Position numbers and translations under genes: made by a program
Notes under the pieces: model-generated
The model's input: only the letters and a program-made list of their open reading frames with translations
Told to the model about the DNA's origin: nothing
Databases searched by the model: none
NCBI GenBank assembly: GCA_963976765.1
Contig: CAXBME010000030.1
Span: forward strand, 62,001-108,553
Direction of reading: 5' to 3'
Origin: an uncultured Planctomycetaceae bacterium
GTDB lineage: Bacteria > Planctomycetota > Planctomycetia > Planctomycetales > Planctomycetaceae
Length of the DNA: 46,553 nt
In this document: in pieces, positions 1-11,752 of the stretch
Numbering within the stretch: position 1 is the first letter of the stretch
Layout: each line of letters begins with the position of its first letter

Positions 1-80
1 TCGATCACCATCAGGTGGAGCCGATAAGGGCTGGCAGTCAAGACTTTGGCACGTAGATATTCGTCTCCGACACCGCTCAT
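1..80 (-). CDS. fliS: Flagellar export chaperone FliS, 5' part (runs off the window edge)
   Basis: Hand translation from ATG 80 on the minus strand gives MSGVGDEYLRAKVLTASPYRLHLMVID, matching the FliS N-terminal Y..x.V.TASP..L.LM motif. Purine-rich RBS AAGGGGGA upstream. Not in the ORF track because it is truncated. Confidence 0.75.
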   Translation of the reverse strand, partial: MSGVGDEYLRAKVLTASPYRLHLMVI

Positions 81-637
81 TGTGATTCCCCCTTTGATTG
101 ACGCAAGCCGTGACTCAAATCGCCCCCCGACCAATACAGTCAGTCCTCGCGAGAGACGGGGCACCAGGCGCACCACGAGACTTATCAGGTCATTCGGCTG
201 ACTGCTGGCAAACCGTGACCACGAATCTCTCAAGAATCCTTCGTGCAGGTTTTCGTCGCATCAGTCTGTGCCGGCGATTACGGCTGGGCAAACCAGGCGA
301 CTTCATTGCCACCTCATTCGCTGCGATTTCCAGACGGTATCCTGAACAGCCAGAACGGATCAGCGGGAACCGGGGCGTGTCCGAGCGATGGTTGCCGGAC
401 CGCTCTGAACTGTCCACAATCCCCGATTCCCGTGAGGTTTGGGCGGTGTCTTCGGAAGCGGTCTAAACGTTCTCGTCGGCATTCGTCTCGACGGAGACCG
501 CCAGAAGAAAATTCGAATCCTGATTCAAGTTATTGCAGAACTGTCCGCAGCAGCAAAAAACTGACAAGAGCTTCAATCAACAACTGCTGAGTGACGGCCT
601 GAGCATCGGCCTGCCCAGCGGACAAGGCTACCGAGAA

Positions 638-3600
638 ATGTCACCAAGGAATGATCCCGGAACTCTGTCGCCTTCCGAACTGGACGAGGCGTTCACAAAG
701 GTTCTGGGCTACCTGAATTTCTCGAACGGAAAATCCGACGGTGATTTCCTCAGCCAGTTAAACTGCCTCGCCGACTATTGCGTTGTCGACACTTCCTGGG
801 AGCCACTTCGGGAAGCGCTGGTTGAGCAACTGCAGCACCTGGCCGGCTCGTCCCCTGCATTCACCGATGCAGAACAAGCCTCAGCGGCTATGAAGATCAC
901 TTTCGATTCACTGCTGCCAGCCTATCTCAAATTTCATTCAGACCTGTTGTTCCACCTGGAAGCTGCCGACTTCATCAATCCTTTCTTTCTGGGACGCTGT
1001 TTCGAAGCTGTCCTGGAACAGGGCGGGCCGTGGGACGATGTCGACCGTGTGGTCACCGGCGCGCTGGACCGGCTGAATGATTACCTCGGTTATCGCCCGG
1101 TGCCCGTGCTCGAAAACGGTCGCAAGATGATGCCGTACGAGCATGAACGTTTCCGACCGCTGCCGCTTTACATCGAAAGCGCCGGGGTCACTTCCGGCGA
1201 ACACAAGCCAATCATCGAACAGGCACTGGCGATGCTCAAAGCGACGCCGTCGGATGTACTGATCGGTGCCCATTTCGACCTGGCCAACCTCAGCGAACTG
1301 TCACTCGACGTTCGAGCGTACGATCACGACCACCCCGTCTACAAACGGACGAACTATCTGTTCGGCGAATGGGATCCTCACCTGATTGATGGTAAAGGCG
1401 ACTATCGCCGATTCGTCATCCGCAAAATTATTTTCGATGCGCTGATCGAGTGGGTCAGCTACCAGGTCGATCAGGAAGAAGCGATCTTCGACGCCGGAGC
1501 CGTTCTGTGCGGTACGATTCTGATGGCATCGGCAATCAGCGGCGACGGCCCGGCCTGCCATGACTCAACGGCGACGCTGACGTCGCTGTTGCCAGTCGTC
1601 GCTCGGCAACGCGACGACTTTTATGCGCGACTCATGTCGTCACAGAGTGGTAGCCGGGCAAAGCGACTCATCGCCGAAGCGAAGTCAACGCAGCAGCCCT
1701 TCGGTCACGTTCGCCAGGCACTGAATCTGCACCTTGCCCATTACGGTGCCCGGCAGGTGCAGTTTCGACAACTGGCAAACCTCTACGCTCGAATGGGACA
1801 CGCCGAGGCCGCTCGAAACCAGGCAGCCATCATTCCGTCCGTGTCAGCCAGATTTGAATGCGAATTTCAGTGGCGAGTCACAGCCGTACTGGGCGCCATC
1901 GACCGCAATGATATTGAGCTTGCCGACAACCTCCTCGCAGAAGTTGAAGACCTGCTGGAACGAGCTGTCCATTGCGGCGCGTTCGTTGATCCCTGGAACA
2001 TTCTCGGTTTCCAGGGCAACTTCCCGTTGTTCCATTCGCGTGAGGACAGCATCCCGGACCAGCGCGTCGAAATTCTTCTCGACCTGATGGAGCGACTGTT
2101 CGGAGCATTTTCACGAGCACTCGGCGAGGCCGCCGCACAAGGACAGCCGGAGCGGGTCAATCACCTGACCGCGCGATTCGAAAAACTGGCTGACTACTGG
2201 GACCAGTTCGCCGCTCACGTGATCGATGATCTGCCGAAAGTGTTCGGCGGCGAAAGCCTGGAATCCGCACGGCACGTCGCCGAAGCCCTCAGTGAATGGC
2301 GAGCCGCCGGAGAAGCGGCCGGCGACATTTCGTTCTGGAGAAAACACGTCGGACGATTCACATCGGCAAAGTCGTACGCGTGTGTGGTCGAAACATTGCT
2401 CTCACGCGGTGATAACGTCGCAGCAATGGCACTGCTTGTCCAATGGCTCAGCGTGTCAGATGAAGTCGGCATCGAATCCGGACAGTATTCGATTCACGCG
2501 TTGCTCATCGACTGGATGCAGCGAGTAACGACCGATGAGGATGGATCGCTCAAGACGCCAGGCGACTGGACATCAATGCGGCGACTGTTCGACTTTCTCG
2601 AAGCCAACGCTGGCGAGTACTGGGAAGTTCCCCGGCTGGAAACGTTCGGCGGAGCCCCACCTTCGACTCCAGGGAAAGAGTCCGGTTTAAACGAGTGGGA
2701 CGTCGATCGCGGAGAAGAATGGCTCGAAGAGGAAGAAGACGAGGACAATATCTTCGGTGCGGCGTACGAAGGAATCGTCTTCAAAGACAGCACTGACGAC
2801 GGCAACGAAGGCGAAGTTCTCGACAGCGGAACGGCTCCAGGGAACACCGAGTTCGAAATACTGAACCGGCACCTGGAACCTCGCATCAAATTTGTAATGG
2901 CCCTGGCACAGCTCTGGCAGATCGCCGCGACAGCGCTGGCAGCCGAGTTCCAGGGAGCACAGACTAAAGACGGTCAGGTACAGTCTGAAGAACAGATCGA
3001 AACGGTTGCTGAGTGGGCGAAGCGAGTTCGCAAGCTTCAGGAAGACCTGCTCGCTCTGATGACGTCGATCTGGGAGCAACAACTCGACGACACGGGCGGC
3101 GACCATGACTCCAATGTCGAATACGACATTCAACTGCAAACAAAGTTCTATTTGCTGAACACCGTCATCGCGACGCACATCAACTGCCGCGTCGCCGAAG
3201 TCGGACTGCTCTGCCTGCTGCCATCGCCCAACGAAGCGGTTCCTCTGCCGGAAGAAGACCAGCAGATGATCGAGTTCTACCAGGCGGTGATGAGCCAGGA
3301 TGTCGAGCTGGTCAGCAAGTTGCTCGCCGGTCAGTTTCGTCGTCTGTCGAGAAAGCCGTTGCTGTACGTTCCGCTCGACAATGGCGGTCATCCCACGCAG
3401 ATTCTTGTCGCCAGAACGGTCCAGACAGACATCCGATTTCTACTGAAGCAATTACCGCGGCTGGGACTGTTTCGAGAAACCTGGCACGTGGTCAAACTTG
3501 CTCACCGGATGGAACGCGAAACGCGACCAGATCAGATGTCGGTGACTGAGTTCGACCGAATCTTCCGCACCGCACTTCGCAACACAATTGAATGCGTCGT

Positions 3601-4684
3601 TGAATCTTCCAACACGTGGAACGGTGGTAACTACTCGGATAAACGACTGACCACACTGGTTGCCGAAATCCTGGGCCACTACCGCGAACAATGGCACAGG
3701 CACAGTCGTACCATGAGACTGTCAACGGTCGAAGGTTTGCGACACGACATTGTCTGGGAAGACGTTAAAGAATTTGTGGAAGTCTTCGGCGACGAACTCT
3801 TCCATGCGCGGTCTCTGACACTCGGCAACGTGCGGACGATTCTTCATAACGGCGTCGAGTGGTTCATCGCACAACTCGCCGAACACGACGACCCGTTGCA
3901 TCCCAGCCCGTTGATCGAATCGTTGGAAGCTGGCGAAATCGATGTCGACGATGCAGTCGAAATTCTGGATCTGATCTACGGATCGGTCGTCGACAAGTTC
4001 GACCGTTTTCTGGAATACAATACGACAACCACGCAGTCGGACTACGGCGATAAATTTTACGTTCTGCTGGATTTCCTCCGCGTCGAAGCGGTTTACGACC
4101 GCGACGCCTGGGAACGCATTCCGGACAGCATCGTGCATCGAACGCTGGCCATGGCCGGTAAGCAGGAGACGCTGGCTCTGCTTGAAGACGCGTTCGAAGA
4201 AGACTCACGCGAAGAAGCGGACCGGCATGTGCAGAGTCTGCAGAAACTCGAACAGGAATACGGAGTCCACCTGCCCGGCGTGGCCGATCGAATCAACGAA
4301 CGGTTTACCAAACCGCTCGCCGTCAACCGAATGCTGGCACTCGTCAAGCCGACAATGCGACCGCAACTCGACGACAAAGAAGCTCACGAGAAGTTCGAAC
4401 TGCTGCGGCGCGAAATCGAATCTTACATGGAAGACACAGCCGGTTCGGCCATCGACATTCCGCAATGGCTGCAGGATGTCGGTCGAGAAGTGAACCGCCT
4501 GGAAGCTCCGTCGGACTACATCCGTCCGCCCGAGCTTGAGCTCCGACTGCCGACGCTGATCAGCCAGGAAGCCAGCATCCGCGAGCAGCTTGACACCTGG
4601 TCAACGGGCGTGGGCGGCTCAGAAAAAACGCGGCGTAAAAAAGGCAGCCGCAAACGCCGCAAAGACGACGAGCCTAAAGAGTAA
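638..4684 (+). CDS. Large hypothetical protein (about 1350 aa, helical, acidic linker, basic C-terminal tail)
   Basis: Long uninterrupted ORF; ATG 638 preferred over TTG 533. No catalytic motif recognised. Overlaps the convergent gene by 11 nt. Confidence 0.8.
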   Translation: MSPRNDPGTLSPSELDEAFTKVLGYLNFSNGKSDGDFLSQLNCLADYCVVDTSWEPLREALVEQLQHLAGSSPAFTDAEQASAAMKITFDSLLPAYLKFHSDLLFHLEAADFINPFFLGRCFEAVLEQGGPWDDVDRVVTGALDRLNDYLGYRPVPVLENGRKMMPYEHERFRPLPLYIESAGVTSGEHKPIIEQALAMLKATPSDVLIGAHFDLANLSELSLDVRAYDHDHPVYKRTNYLFGEWDPHLIDGKGDYRRFVIRKIIFDALIEWVSYQVDQEEAIFDAGAVLCGTILMASAISGDGPACHDSTATLTSLLPVVARQRDDFYARLMSSQSGSRAKRLIAEAKSTQQPFGHVRQALNLHLAHYGARQVQFRQLANLYARMGHAEAARNQAAIIPSVSARFECEFQWRVTAVLGAIDRNDIELADNLLAEVEDLLERAVHCGAFVDPWNILGFQGNFPLFHSREDSIPDQRVEILLDLMERLFGAFSRALGEAAAQGQPERVNHLTARFEKLADYWDQFAAHVIDDLPKVFGGESLESARHVAEALSEWRAAGEAAGDISFWRKHVGRFTSAKSYACVVETLLSRGDNVAAMALLVQWLSVSDEVGIESGQYSIHALLIDWMQRVTTDEDGSLKTPGDWTSMRRLFDFLEANAGEYWEVPRLETFGGAPPSTPGKESGLNEWDVDRGEEWLEEEEDEDNIFGAAYEGIVFKDSTDDGNEGEVLDSGTAPGNTEFEILNRHLEPRIKFVMALAQLWQIAATALAAEFQGAQTKDGQVQSEEQIETVAEWAKRVRKLQEDLLALMTSIWEQQLDDTGGDHDSNVEYDIQLQTKFYLLNTVIATHINCRVAEVGLLCLLPSPNEAVPLPEEDQQMIEFYQAVMSQDVELVSKLLAGQFRRLSRKPLLYVPLDNGGHPTQILVARTVQTDIRFLLKQLPRLGLFRETWHVVKLAHRMERETRPDQMSVTEFDRIFRTALRNTIECVVESSNTWNGGNYSDKRLTTLVAEILGHYREQWHRHSRTMRLSTVEGLRHDIVWEDVKEFVEVFGDELFHARSLTLGNVRTILHNGVEWFIAQLAEHDDPLHPSPLIESLEAGEIDVDDAVEILDLIYGSVVDKFDRFLEYNTTTTQSDYGDKFYVLLDFLRVEAVYDRDAWERIPDSIVHRTLAMAGKQETLALLEDAFEEDSREEADRHVQSLQKLEQEYGVHLPGVADRINERFTKPLAVNRMLALVKPTMRPQLDDKEAHEKFELLRREIESYMEDTAGSAIDIPQWLQDVGREVNRLEAPSDYIRPPELELRLPTLISQEASIREQLDTWSTGVGGSEKTRRKKGSRKRRKDDEPKE

Positions 4685-6320
4685 GTCTTCCCGTCTCGTT
4701 AGAAACACCGAACTTGCCTGGCGGCGTGGGCTCTATCGATGCCTGTCCGTAGCTGCTGAAGCCAAACTTCAAGGCAAGGAGCACGACGATGGCTGCGCCG
4801 CAGATCGCGATCAGGCCCGACAACACTCCGACACTTTTCCTGTGATAACCTTTGGTAACCCAGTTGAGCAGAGCGTGCAGAACGATAACGCCGATCGTCA
4901 GAAGCGTGAGAGCGGCTCCCAGCGATAATCGATCGCGTTGCTCATTCTCGCGTTGCAGCAGGTGGTTTCTGAAAACCCGCTCCAGCCACGGATAATCAAC
5001 TCGAACAAGTACGGCTTCACGCCAGAAGTTGCCCATTGGGTGAGTCAGCTTTTGAGAAAACCGGTCGACAACCAACTGACCATCCAGCAGTTCCTTCTTC
5101 AGTCGTTCTGCAATTTCAGTCTCGTTCGGCATTCGAACCAGCGGGCGTTTCTGAGCTTTAAGAATTTCGGTCGCCAGCGGTGTCAGGAGACTGACAGCAT
5201 CATCGAGCGCTGCGCCTCGCGCTTCCATCTGTGTCATTGCCAGTCGCCCGGAACGGCCGTCAAACACGATGCCGTTTCCGCGGCTCGAATTGACAAACTC
5301 ATCGAAGTGGTGAACCCACGGCTTATCAATCATCCGAACGCTGGTACTGACTTTGTTTGGTCCCGTATCCAGTTCGGCCAGAACGTCAACGATCCTTGCG
5401 ATCTCGGACAGACTCCACGGCGCGGGGTTTAGAGTTCTGGCAACGGACGCCCGCAGTTGGATCGATACAGCCTGAGGATCAATCCGCGAAACGGTATTCC
5501 CCGTCGAAAGATGGTCGACGAGAACCTGAGCCTCCGGATATTGAGACCGCATCACCGTGGCGAGTTCGTTCAGCGCGTCATCAAAATCGTCGTGAATCCC
5601 CCTTTGCGAAGCATGAACCTGGATGATCGGCGGCCCCTGCTCTGCTTCGGTCGAATGATCGATCAGGCCAACCAGTTTTCGTCCCAGTGCTCGGCCCGCC
5701 GCCGACATCGACGGATAGTTGTCCGCATCAAACTTCTCGTCGACTTCCGGATACCAGGCGACTCCAGAACTGGACTTCAGCGTTTCGATCTGGCCGGCCT
5801 CTTGTGACGAGTCGGCCTCTGGGGCATTCGAAGAATCAGACTGTTTGATCCGAGCATTGAAGAGTTCACGCCGCTGCCGGTCGAAGTCTTCTCGAAGGTT
5901 CCGAACGATCGCCGCCTGCTCGTGCATCAGCACCTCGTGCATCTTCTTTGAAACGTCCGCCTGGTGCTCACTAAGAATTCTCGTCTCGTGACCCACATTC
6001 ATCAGAAACAGGAAGCCAACCACGAACACGCAAACAGCCGCTCCGATTCCAACCTGTTTCGCGGAAGACGTTTTGGCGATCAAATAAATCGCCGCTCCCA
6101 ATAGAGGCACGCCAAACAGCAACATTAAAATGACAGTTTCACCGCCACCTCGAAAAACGAAGATCACCCCCAAAATGGCCACACAGGCAATCGCCCATGC
6201 CGGAGCGTGCGAAACCTTCAACAGTCGAAGCCCAAAGGTCAGGCCGACGATAAGCAGGACAGTGGCGATCAGGCTGCCAAAGACTCCGACCCAATTGAAA
6301 TAGAACATTGCGAACAACAT
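4674..6320 (-). CDS. Hypothetical membrane protein (4 N-terminal and 2 C-terminal TM segments around a soluble domain)
   Basis: 548-aa ORF with hydrophobic segments at both ends. Starts 3 nt after the kinase stop codon (TGA TAA ATG), suggesting translational coupling. Confidence 0.75.
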   Translation of the reverse strand: MLFAMFYFNWVGVFGSLIATVLLIVGLTFGLRLLKVSHAPAWAIACVAILGVIFVFRGGGETVILMLLFGVPLLGAAIYLIAKTSSAKQVGIGAAVCVFVVGFLFLMNVGHETRILSEHQADVSKKMHEVLMHEQAAIVRNLREDFDRQRRELFNARIKQSDSSNAPEADSSQEAGQIETLKSSSGVAWYPEVDEKFDADNYPSMSAAGRALGRKLVGLIDHSTEAEQGPPIIQVHASQRGIHDDFDDALNELATVMRSQYPEAQVLVDHLSTGNTVSRIDPQAVSIQLRASVARTLNPAPWSLSEIARIVDVLAELDTGPNKVSTSVRMIDKPWVHHFDEFVNSSRGNGIVFDGRSGRLAMTQMEARGAALDDAVSLLTPLATEILKAQKRPLVRMPNETEIAERLKKELLDGQLVVDRFSQKLTHPMGNFWREAVLVRVDYPWLERVFRNHLLQRENEQRDRLSLGAALTLLTIGVIVLHALLNWVTKGYHRKSVGVLSGLIAICGAAIVVLLALKFGFSSYGQASIEPTPPGKFGVSNETGRLTL

Positions 6321-6323
6321 TTA

Positions 6324-9119
6324 TCAGTGCCTCTGTGTGACGGGTGTGCGAACCTGCTCGACCATGGAAACTGCTTTCCGCTTTGGCGGCCAGGCCAGGA
6401 TGAGCAGAGCTGCCGAAAACGCTACCGCCGCGCCGATCAAACTGGGGATAAAGTCTCGGCTGCGTAAGAACACTTCCAGAATCAATCCCACCTTTTCCTG
6501 ACTAAGTCCTTCGGCAACGCGGTCCCACGGAACTCGGTAAAATGCTGTCGACAGCAGCCCGAATGTCGCCGCTAAAGGCAAGAACGCAACGGGAACTCGA
6601 ACAATGTGCGTAGCACCAAGCAAACGTCGCGATGCGATCAACAAACCAACTGTCGCAACCACCATGACTCCCAAACCAAGCTGCATCAGCTCCTGCAATA
6701 GTTCCGGCCAGGTGCTCGTCCCGAAGATTGATTGCAGGTCGGAGCCGGTCAGGTCGAGCCCGTGAAACACGTCTGCCGCAATCATCTCAGGCACGTCGAT
6801 GGCAAGGACGGCCCCAACCATCACGGTGGCGACCAGCGCGAGCCCGCCAAGCACGGCCAGCCCATTGCTGAACAGACTCGGGGGGGAAGGAACAACCGAG
6901 AGGCTGTTGACCTTCTCACCCGCTCCGGAAAGTTCATCTGGACTGCTTCTCCACGTTGTCAGAAGTCGCCCTTCAGCATCACGAAATTCGCCGAGAGCGA
7001 TCAGCACAACGTCGATCAACTGCCCAACACCGAACACGCCGAACGTCAAAAGGTAAACAACGCCGCTGAACGTTTTCCCTGTGTAAAACCGCTGCAGCCC
7101 GCAGAACGGCATCATCACCAGTGGAACGAGACTCAGAATCAACGCCGGCATACGTGCTCGCCTCGCCTGGTCAATTGCAGAGTCAACTGGAATCTCACCT
7201 GACTTAATGCTGGAGTTGCCCGTTGAGCTGACGTTGACGTCTGAATTCACCGGCCCCCACCGGACATCGTCACCACCATTGGCTATCGAGGACTCGGTCG
7301 CGCCAGTTGCTGTCCGAGCCTCGAAATGTTCGGCCATTCCCGAGACTGGCATCACCGCTCCAAAGTCTTCGACGGTCGCGGAAGTGGCGCCTTCATCCAG
7401 CGCGAGGCACTCGGCCAACCCTTCCAGCGACGCGATCCAATCAGTCGCAACCACGACCTGCTGCGATCGGCGTTCTGAAAATGGCATCAGCAACTGGGTC
7501 GCCATTGCTGTGGTCGTCGCGAGACCGACTGCGGCAATGACATGTGCGTCATTCGTGAACATCACCAACGACGCAACCAGCGCGACCGCCGCAGCCACAA
7601 GTGAAGGCACGACACTCACTCGACAGCGACGGCGTGACGACGTGACCCATCGCCAGTCCATCACAAGCAAAGGCATAACCCCGGCGAGGACGAAATCCGT
7701 CCCCAGCCGTGAGATTTCGTTGTCGCCCAATGAGAAGCAGAAGAACGGAAATCCACACATTGCGTAATAGATGCCTCGAACCGCGAACCACGGCAATCGG
7801 ATCCGGAAGAACGCCAGCAGCCATCCGGCCAGTGCCGCCCCTGCCGTCATGGAAAAGGCCATAACCGGAACAAGGTAAAGCGGCACAACACCTGGAGAAA
7901 TAAACGGACGGCCAGTTGCCTCGCAAAGATGGATAATCCCATACGACCCAAGAAACACAGCAACCGTCGCAAGGAAGCACCGAACCCGGAAACCCAGCTC
8001 GTCGGACCGTTCCCAAAGGATGGCTCTCTCCGGATAAGGACGAACGGCCAGACGAGCACCGACGCGAGAAATAAACTGCCCCACCCAGAACGGAACCGTG
8101 TTCGGAGTATTTGTTTTCTGTGAGCGATTCGTCGGGGCCGGCGTGTCTGGCCTGCTGCCTACTGAAAATCGATCCCGTTCATCGGCAATATTCTTTGAGC
8201 GAACTGCCGCTTTGTGAGCGTCCGAGTCTCGCGCCACGGTAGCTGGCATCGGTCGCGATTTTTCAACGGCACGGCGAGCGATCATAGTCAGACTGCCAGG
8301 ATCAAATCCCGATGCCCCGTCTCGGACGGAGTCGCTGCCGAACAGTGCTTCAACCATTTCGTCGGCGGATTGGTAGCGTGCGTCCGGGTCGCGAGCCATC
8401 GCGTTCTGGACGACGGTCGCGAACGTCCGCGGCAACGACGACACATCGACTTCCTGCGACATGTGTTTCATCAGGACTTCGCCCATCGACTCGCCCAGAA
8501 ACGGCGGCTTGCCGGTCAGCATCTCGTAAAGCAACACGCCCATCGCGTAGATGTCGACCGTGCGGTCATACCGACCGAGGCTGATTTCCGGAGCCATGTA
8601 ATGGACCGTGCCGACTGTAAGCGTGTGGCCGCTGCGATGACTCGTCGTGATGACTTTGCTCAGGCTGTAATCGCCGATCATCACATAGCCGTCTTCGAAG
8701 AAGACGTTGTGGGGCTTCAAATCTCGATGGACAATCCCGTTGTCATGCAGCAGCGAAACGGCTTTGGCGATCTCGCGGAGAAACCAGGCGGCTTTCTCCT
8801 GACCAAGCCCTTCCGGTGAAGCATCCAGTAGTTCTCGCAACGACGGGCCGGAGACGTATTCCATGATCACAAACGGATCGCCACGCTCGCTGTGCCGCAC
8901 GTCGAAGATGGTCACCAGATGAGGCGACTTGAGATTCATGCAGTGGGTGCTGCCGCGAAGTTCGATGTCTTCGTAATTCTGGACAGCCTTCAGCGCGACC
9001 TGCTTTCCAGAATCGCTGACGGCATAGTAGACCTCGCCGAAGCCTCCGCGACCGACGGCGTGTTCGATCGTGTAGCCTTCCAGCGGCCGGTCGCCTCGCT
9101 GATATCGATAAGAAGCCAT
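6324..9119 (-). CDS. Membrane-bound Hanks-type Ser/Thr protein kinase with multi-TM region and TM2 domain
   Basis: [24 protein letters not shown] (DFG position), GTVHYMAPE and DIYAMGV motifs. TM2-like segment [30 protein letters not shown]. Confidence 0.92.
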   Translation of the reverse strand: MASYRYQRGDRPLEGYTIEHAVGRGGFGEVYYAVSDSGKQVALKAVQNYEDIELRGSTHCMNLKSPHLVTIFDVRHSERGDPFVIMEYVSGPSLRELLDASPEGLGQEKAAWFLREIAKAVSLLHDNGIVHRDLKPHNVFFEDGYVMIGDYSLSKVITTSHRSGHTLTVGTVHYMAPEISLGRYDRTVDIYAMGVLLYEMLTGKPPFLGESMGEVLMKHMSQEVDVSSLPRTFATVVQNAMARDPDARYQSADEMVEALFGSDSVRDGASGFDPGSLTMIARRAVEKSRPMPATVARDSDAHKAAVRSKNIADERDRFSVGSRPDTPAPTNRSQKTNTPNTVPFWVGQFISRVGARLAVRPYPERAILWERSDELGFRVRCFLATVAVFLGSYGIIHLCEATGRPFISPGVVPLYLVPVMAFSMTAGAALAGWLLAFFRIRLPWFAVRGIYYAMCGFPFFCFSLGDNEISRLGTDFVLAGVMPLLVMDWRWVTSSRRRCRVSVVPSLVAAAVALVASLVMFTNDAHVIAAVGLATTTAMATQLLMPFSERRSQQVVVATDWIASLEGLAECLALDEGATSATVEDFGAVMPVSGMAEHFEARTATGATESSIANGGDDVRWGPVNSDVNVSSTGNSSIKSGEIPVDSAIDQARRARMPALILSLVPLVMMPFCGLQRFYTGKTFSGVVYLLTFGVFGVGQLIDVVLIALGEFRDAEGRLLTTWRSSPDELSGAGEKVNSLSVVPSPPSLFSNGLAVLGGLALVATVMVGAVLAIDVPEMIAADVFHGLDLTGSDLQSIFGTSTWPELLQELMQLGLGVMVVATVGLLIASRRLLGATHIVRVPVAFLPLAATFGLLSTAFYRVPWDRVAEGLSQEKVGLILEVFLRSRDFIPSLIGAAVAFSAALLILAWPPKRKAVSMVEQVRTPVTQRH

Positions 9120-9166
9120 CGTGAGGGCTGCTCCGAGGGTTACTGCGTTAGTTATTGCCTGGTTAG

Positions 9167-10774
9167 TTAAACGTTGTACGGCACAATTGTGACTCGCGTT
9201 CCACCGATCTCGACCGGAGTGTCGAGCATCAGCGGCTGTGCTCCCTGCGGAGTTCCATTCGCGGCAAACCGTTGAGATCGATCAGGTAAACCGCTTCGAA
9301 CGTGAAAGACTCCATTCCGGACAAACAGAATCAGCGGCTGATCAATATTTCTGGCTACCAGATGGCTCGATGGTCCCGGCCCAACGACCAGCGTCTCATC
9401 GAACAGAACGATTGATCGAATGTCCGGTCGCGACAACCGAGTTCCGCTAAGCTCGATCACTGCCGTCGGCACATCCGCTGTTGGGCGACGAAACTTGAAT
9501 CGACAACGCTTGCCGACTTGAACTGAGTCTCCGTCCGTCAACGACTTCTCCTGACAGCGTCGTTCGTTGACCGAAAATTCATCGACGTCATCAGCCGACA
9601 ATCGATAACGGCCAGCCAATCTCTCAACCGTTAAAGTTCCGCTTTCCGGAAATCCAGCCAAAGCGATGTCACACGATCGAGCACGACCGGGTCCACCGAG
9701 CTTGAGCTTCGGCTGCCGAAGCAGCAACGCACTGCCGACACCATCGATCTGCAGAACTAACCGCTCGGGCAAACCTGCTTCCGCAAAGTTCTCAACGGAC
9801 GACGGACCGGACAAAGCGACACGATCAACTTTCGGCTGAGGAGAGTTCACATTCGGAATCGGACGTCGCGAACCGCTCAGCAACGACAACGGACTCGTCT
9901 TTAGTTCCACCGCCAGCTCGGCAGCCTGTTTCGCTTTATCGGTGAGTTCACTCAGCCAGGCAACGTTTCCAAGCAACGGCGTCAGCTTTCTGATCTGAAG
10001 ATACGCTTCATCGAACCGTAAAGCGTCGAGCAGCGAACTCACTTCCCTGGCTGATTCCATCGCCCGACAGACTTCTGTCAGCTCTGGATCGAAGTTGACC
10101 AACGGTCGTACTGAGTCGATCAAAGCCTCAACACGATCCAGCCTCGACGCTTCGACTTCGAACCAGAGCTGCGAAACGACCGGCGACGTCACCTGATCAA
10201 TCAGCTCCACCAGCTCAGGATGGCTCGGCGATAACTTCTGCAACTCAAGAATCGCGACGACTGATTCGCGAGTGTGGTCGGCTTCGACTTCCCGCCGAGC
10301 CCGAGTCACCGCCGCTTCAACTCGCTCACGACTGACGGCGATCTGGTCGTTGATTCTCCCCACAACTGAACCGACCGATGCTCCACCCGCTTCAAATGTT
10401 TCCAGCAGTTTCGCTCCGAGGTCCAACTCGCCACGAGCAACTTCCTGACCGATTTCGGCAGCAACCTGTTGTTTCCGTACCGCTTTTTTCTGAACGTCCA
10501 GTCTGGCTGACGCAATTTCGCTGGCGAGTTCCGCAATCGAAACCTGCTCGCCAGCAAGTTTTTTCGCTTCTCCGCAGTCGCTGCCAGCTTCGTCAAGCCG
10601 GCCAGAGCTGACGTGCTCGCGGCCTCGTTCAACGAACGCAGCAACAATCTTCGTGAGCAGCAGCTGGCCTTCGCGGTGATCCCGCACGCCCGGCTGTTCG
10701 ATCAGCCGGGCGGCTTCGTTCAGCCGCCCCTCCGCGAATGCCGTCTCAGCGTGTCGAAGTCGCAGATTGAACAC
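9167..10774 (-). CDS. Helical-repeat (TPR-like) protein with C-terminal FHA-like domain(s)
   Basis: N-terminal helical repeats ([13 protein letters not shown]). C-terminal FHA-like beta segments (FSVNERR...[21 protein letters not shown]). Start moved to GTG 10774 because the track start at 10831 lies inside a REP. Confidence 0.7.
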   Translation of the reverse strand: MFNLRLRHAETAFAEGRLNEAARLIEQPGVRDHREGQLLLTKIVAAFVERGREHVSSGRLDEAGSDCGEAKKLAGEQVSIAELASEIASARLDVQKKAVRKQQVAAEIGQEVARGELDLGAKLLETFEAGGASVGSVVGRINDQIAVSRERVEAAVTRARREVEADHTRESVVAILELQKLSPSHPELVELIDQVTSPVVSQLWFEVEASRLDRVEALIDSVRPLVNFDPELTEVCRAMESAREVSSLLDALRFDEAYLQIRKLTPLLGNVAWLSELTDKAKQAAELAVELKTSPLSLLSGSRRPIPNVNSPQPKVDRVALSGPSSVENFAEAGLPERLVLQIDGVGSALLLRQPKLKLGGPGRARSCDIALAGFPESGTLTVERLAGRYRLSADDVDEFSVNERRCQEKSLTDGDSVQVGKRCRFKFRRPTADVPTAVIELSGTRLSRPDIRSIVLFDETLVVGPGPSSHLVARNIDQPLILFVRNGVFHVRSGLPDRSQRFAANGTPQGAQPLMLDTPVEIGGTRVTIVPYNV

Positions 10775-10811
10775 AATGTTGAATCCCGAAGGTTGGTCAG
10801 TGGCCGAAACA

Positions 10812-10933
10812 GTAGGATGGGCACCGCCCACCGAAGCATGAAGAACGATTCAAAGCGCAACAAAAGATTCTCGTGACGGTGGGCAATGCCCACCCTGCGA
10901 CTACTCAATGCCGGTGGGCGATGCCCACCCTAC
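10812..10933. repeat. Cluster of three GTAG-type REP palindromes
   Basis: GTAGGATGGGCACCGCCCACC 10812-10832, and inverted copies GGTGGGCAATGCCCACCCTGC 10878-10898 and GGTGGGCGATGCCCACCCTAC 10913-10933. Confidence 0.85.
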
Positions 10934-10936
10934 AGT

Positions 10937-11752
10937 TTATTTCTCATCCAGCTTTGCGATTTCGACATCATCGCTTTCGCCTGTGCCGAGATGGTCATCG
11001 ATTTCAGCCAGCAATTCGTCTTCGTTCAGAGCGTCTTCCAGCGTGATCTCAGAAATCGAGTCGTGAGCAAGGACTCTTTCGGAAACGTCGACGCGTTTCT
11101 GAATATCGCTCAGCAACTGATCTGCTTTTGACAGTTTACTATCGTCGACGTGGAAGCGTGATCCGATCGATGATGCTTTAACCAGACGATGCTGAGCAAC
11201 CAGCGATTCAACTTTCTGCGCCAGTTCTGCTTTCCGATTGCGTGCCCGATCAAGCATCTGCATCGCGGCCTGAAGTGACTTCTGCCGATTTTCCAGCAGC
11301 CGCTGCTTGCTGGCCTGAATCATCTCGGCATCTTTCAGCCGGGCGAGTTTCAGCGCGGCCTGCTCAGCGAGTTGTTTCCGCGAATATTTGCGGTCGCCAA
11401 TCTCGTACGAAACATTCTGCGTATCGAGTTTTCCGCGAAGCTGACTCAACAACCGGCGATCCGTGGCGAGCTGTTCGCTTGATCGAGCAAGGTCGTTTTC
11501 CAACGCCGCGATCTCGACTTCGTCCTCGGCAATCAGTCGAACGTTAGCGTGAATTTCTGGCAGAATGTCGTCGATCAGGTCTCGAGCACGCTGCAACTCG
11601 AACTCGATCGGGACCGCTTCGCGAACCGTCTCTCGAACCGCTCCGGTCGACGTTCGCAGATAGCTGAACAGCTCGTTGCCAAAGATCGCACCGCCGACAA
11701 GAACGACGCCAGCACAACCTGCCACACCATATTTCAGATAACCAACACCCAT
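10937..11752 (-). CDS. N-terminally anchored long coiled-coil protein (PspA/IM30-like architecture)
   Basis: ATG 11752 follows a GAGGAG RBS. One hydrophobic N-terminal segment, then about 200 aa of heptad-rich helix. Confidence 0.7.
   Translation of the reverse strand: MGVGYLKYGVAGCAGVVLVGGAIFGNELFSYLRTSTGAVRETVREAVPIEFELQRARDLIDDILPEIHANVRLIAEDEVEIAALENDLARSSEQLATDRRLLSQLRGKLDTQNVSYEIGDRKYSRKQLAEQAALKLARLKDAEMIQASKQRLLENRQKSLQAAMQMLDRARNRKAELAQKVESLVAQHRLVKASSIGSRFHVDDSKLSKADQLLSDIQKRVDVSERVLAHDSISEITLEDALNEDELLAEIDDHLGTGESDDVEIAKLDEK

Noticed and set aside
190..306. Small basic ORF (MKSPGLPSRNRRHR...) upstream of fliS with a GAGGTG RBS
   Set aside because: Only 38 codons and no recognisable family; it cannot be distinguished from chance.
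440..520. Sigma-28 promoter for fliS (GCCGACGA on the minus strand near 473-480)
   Set aside because: No matching -35 element at the expected spacing.
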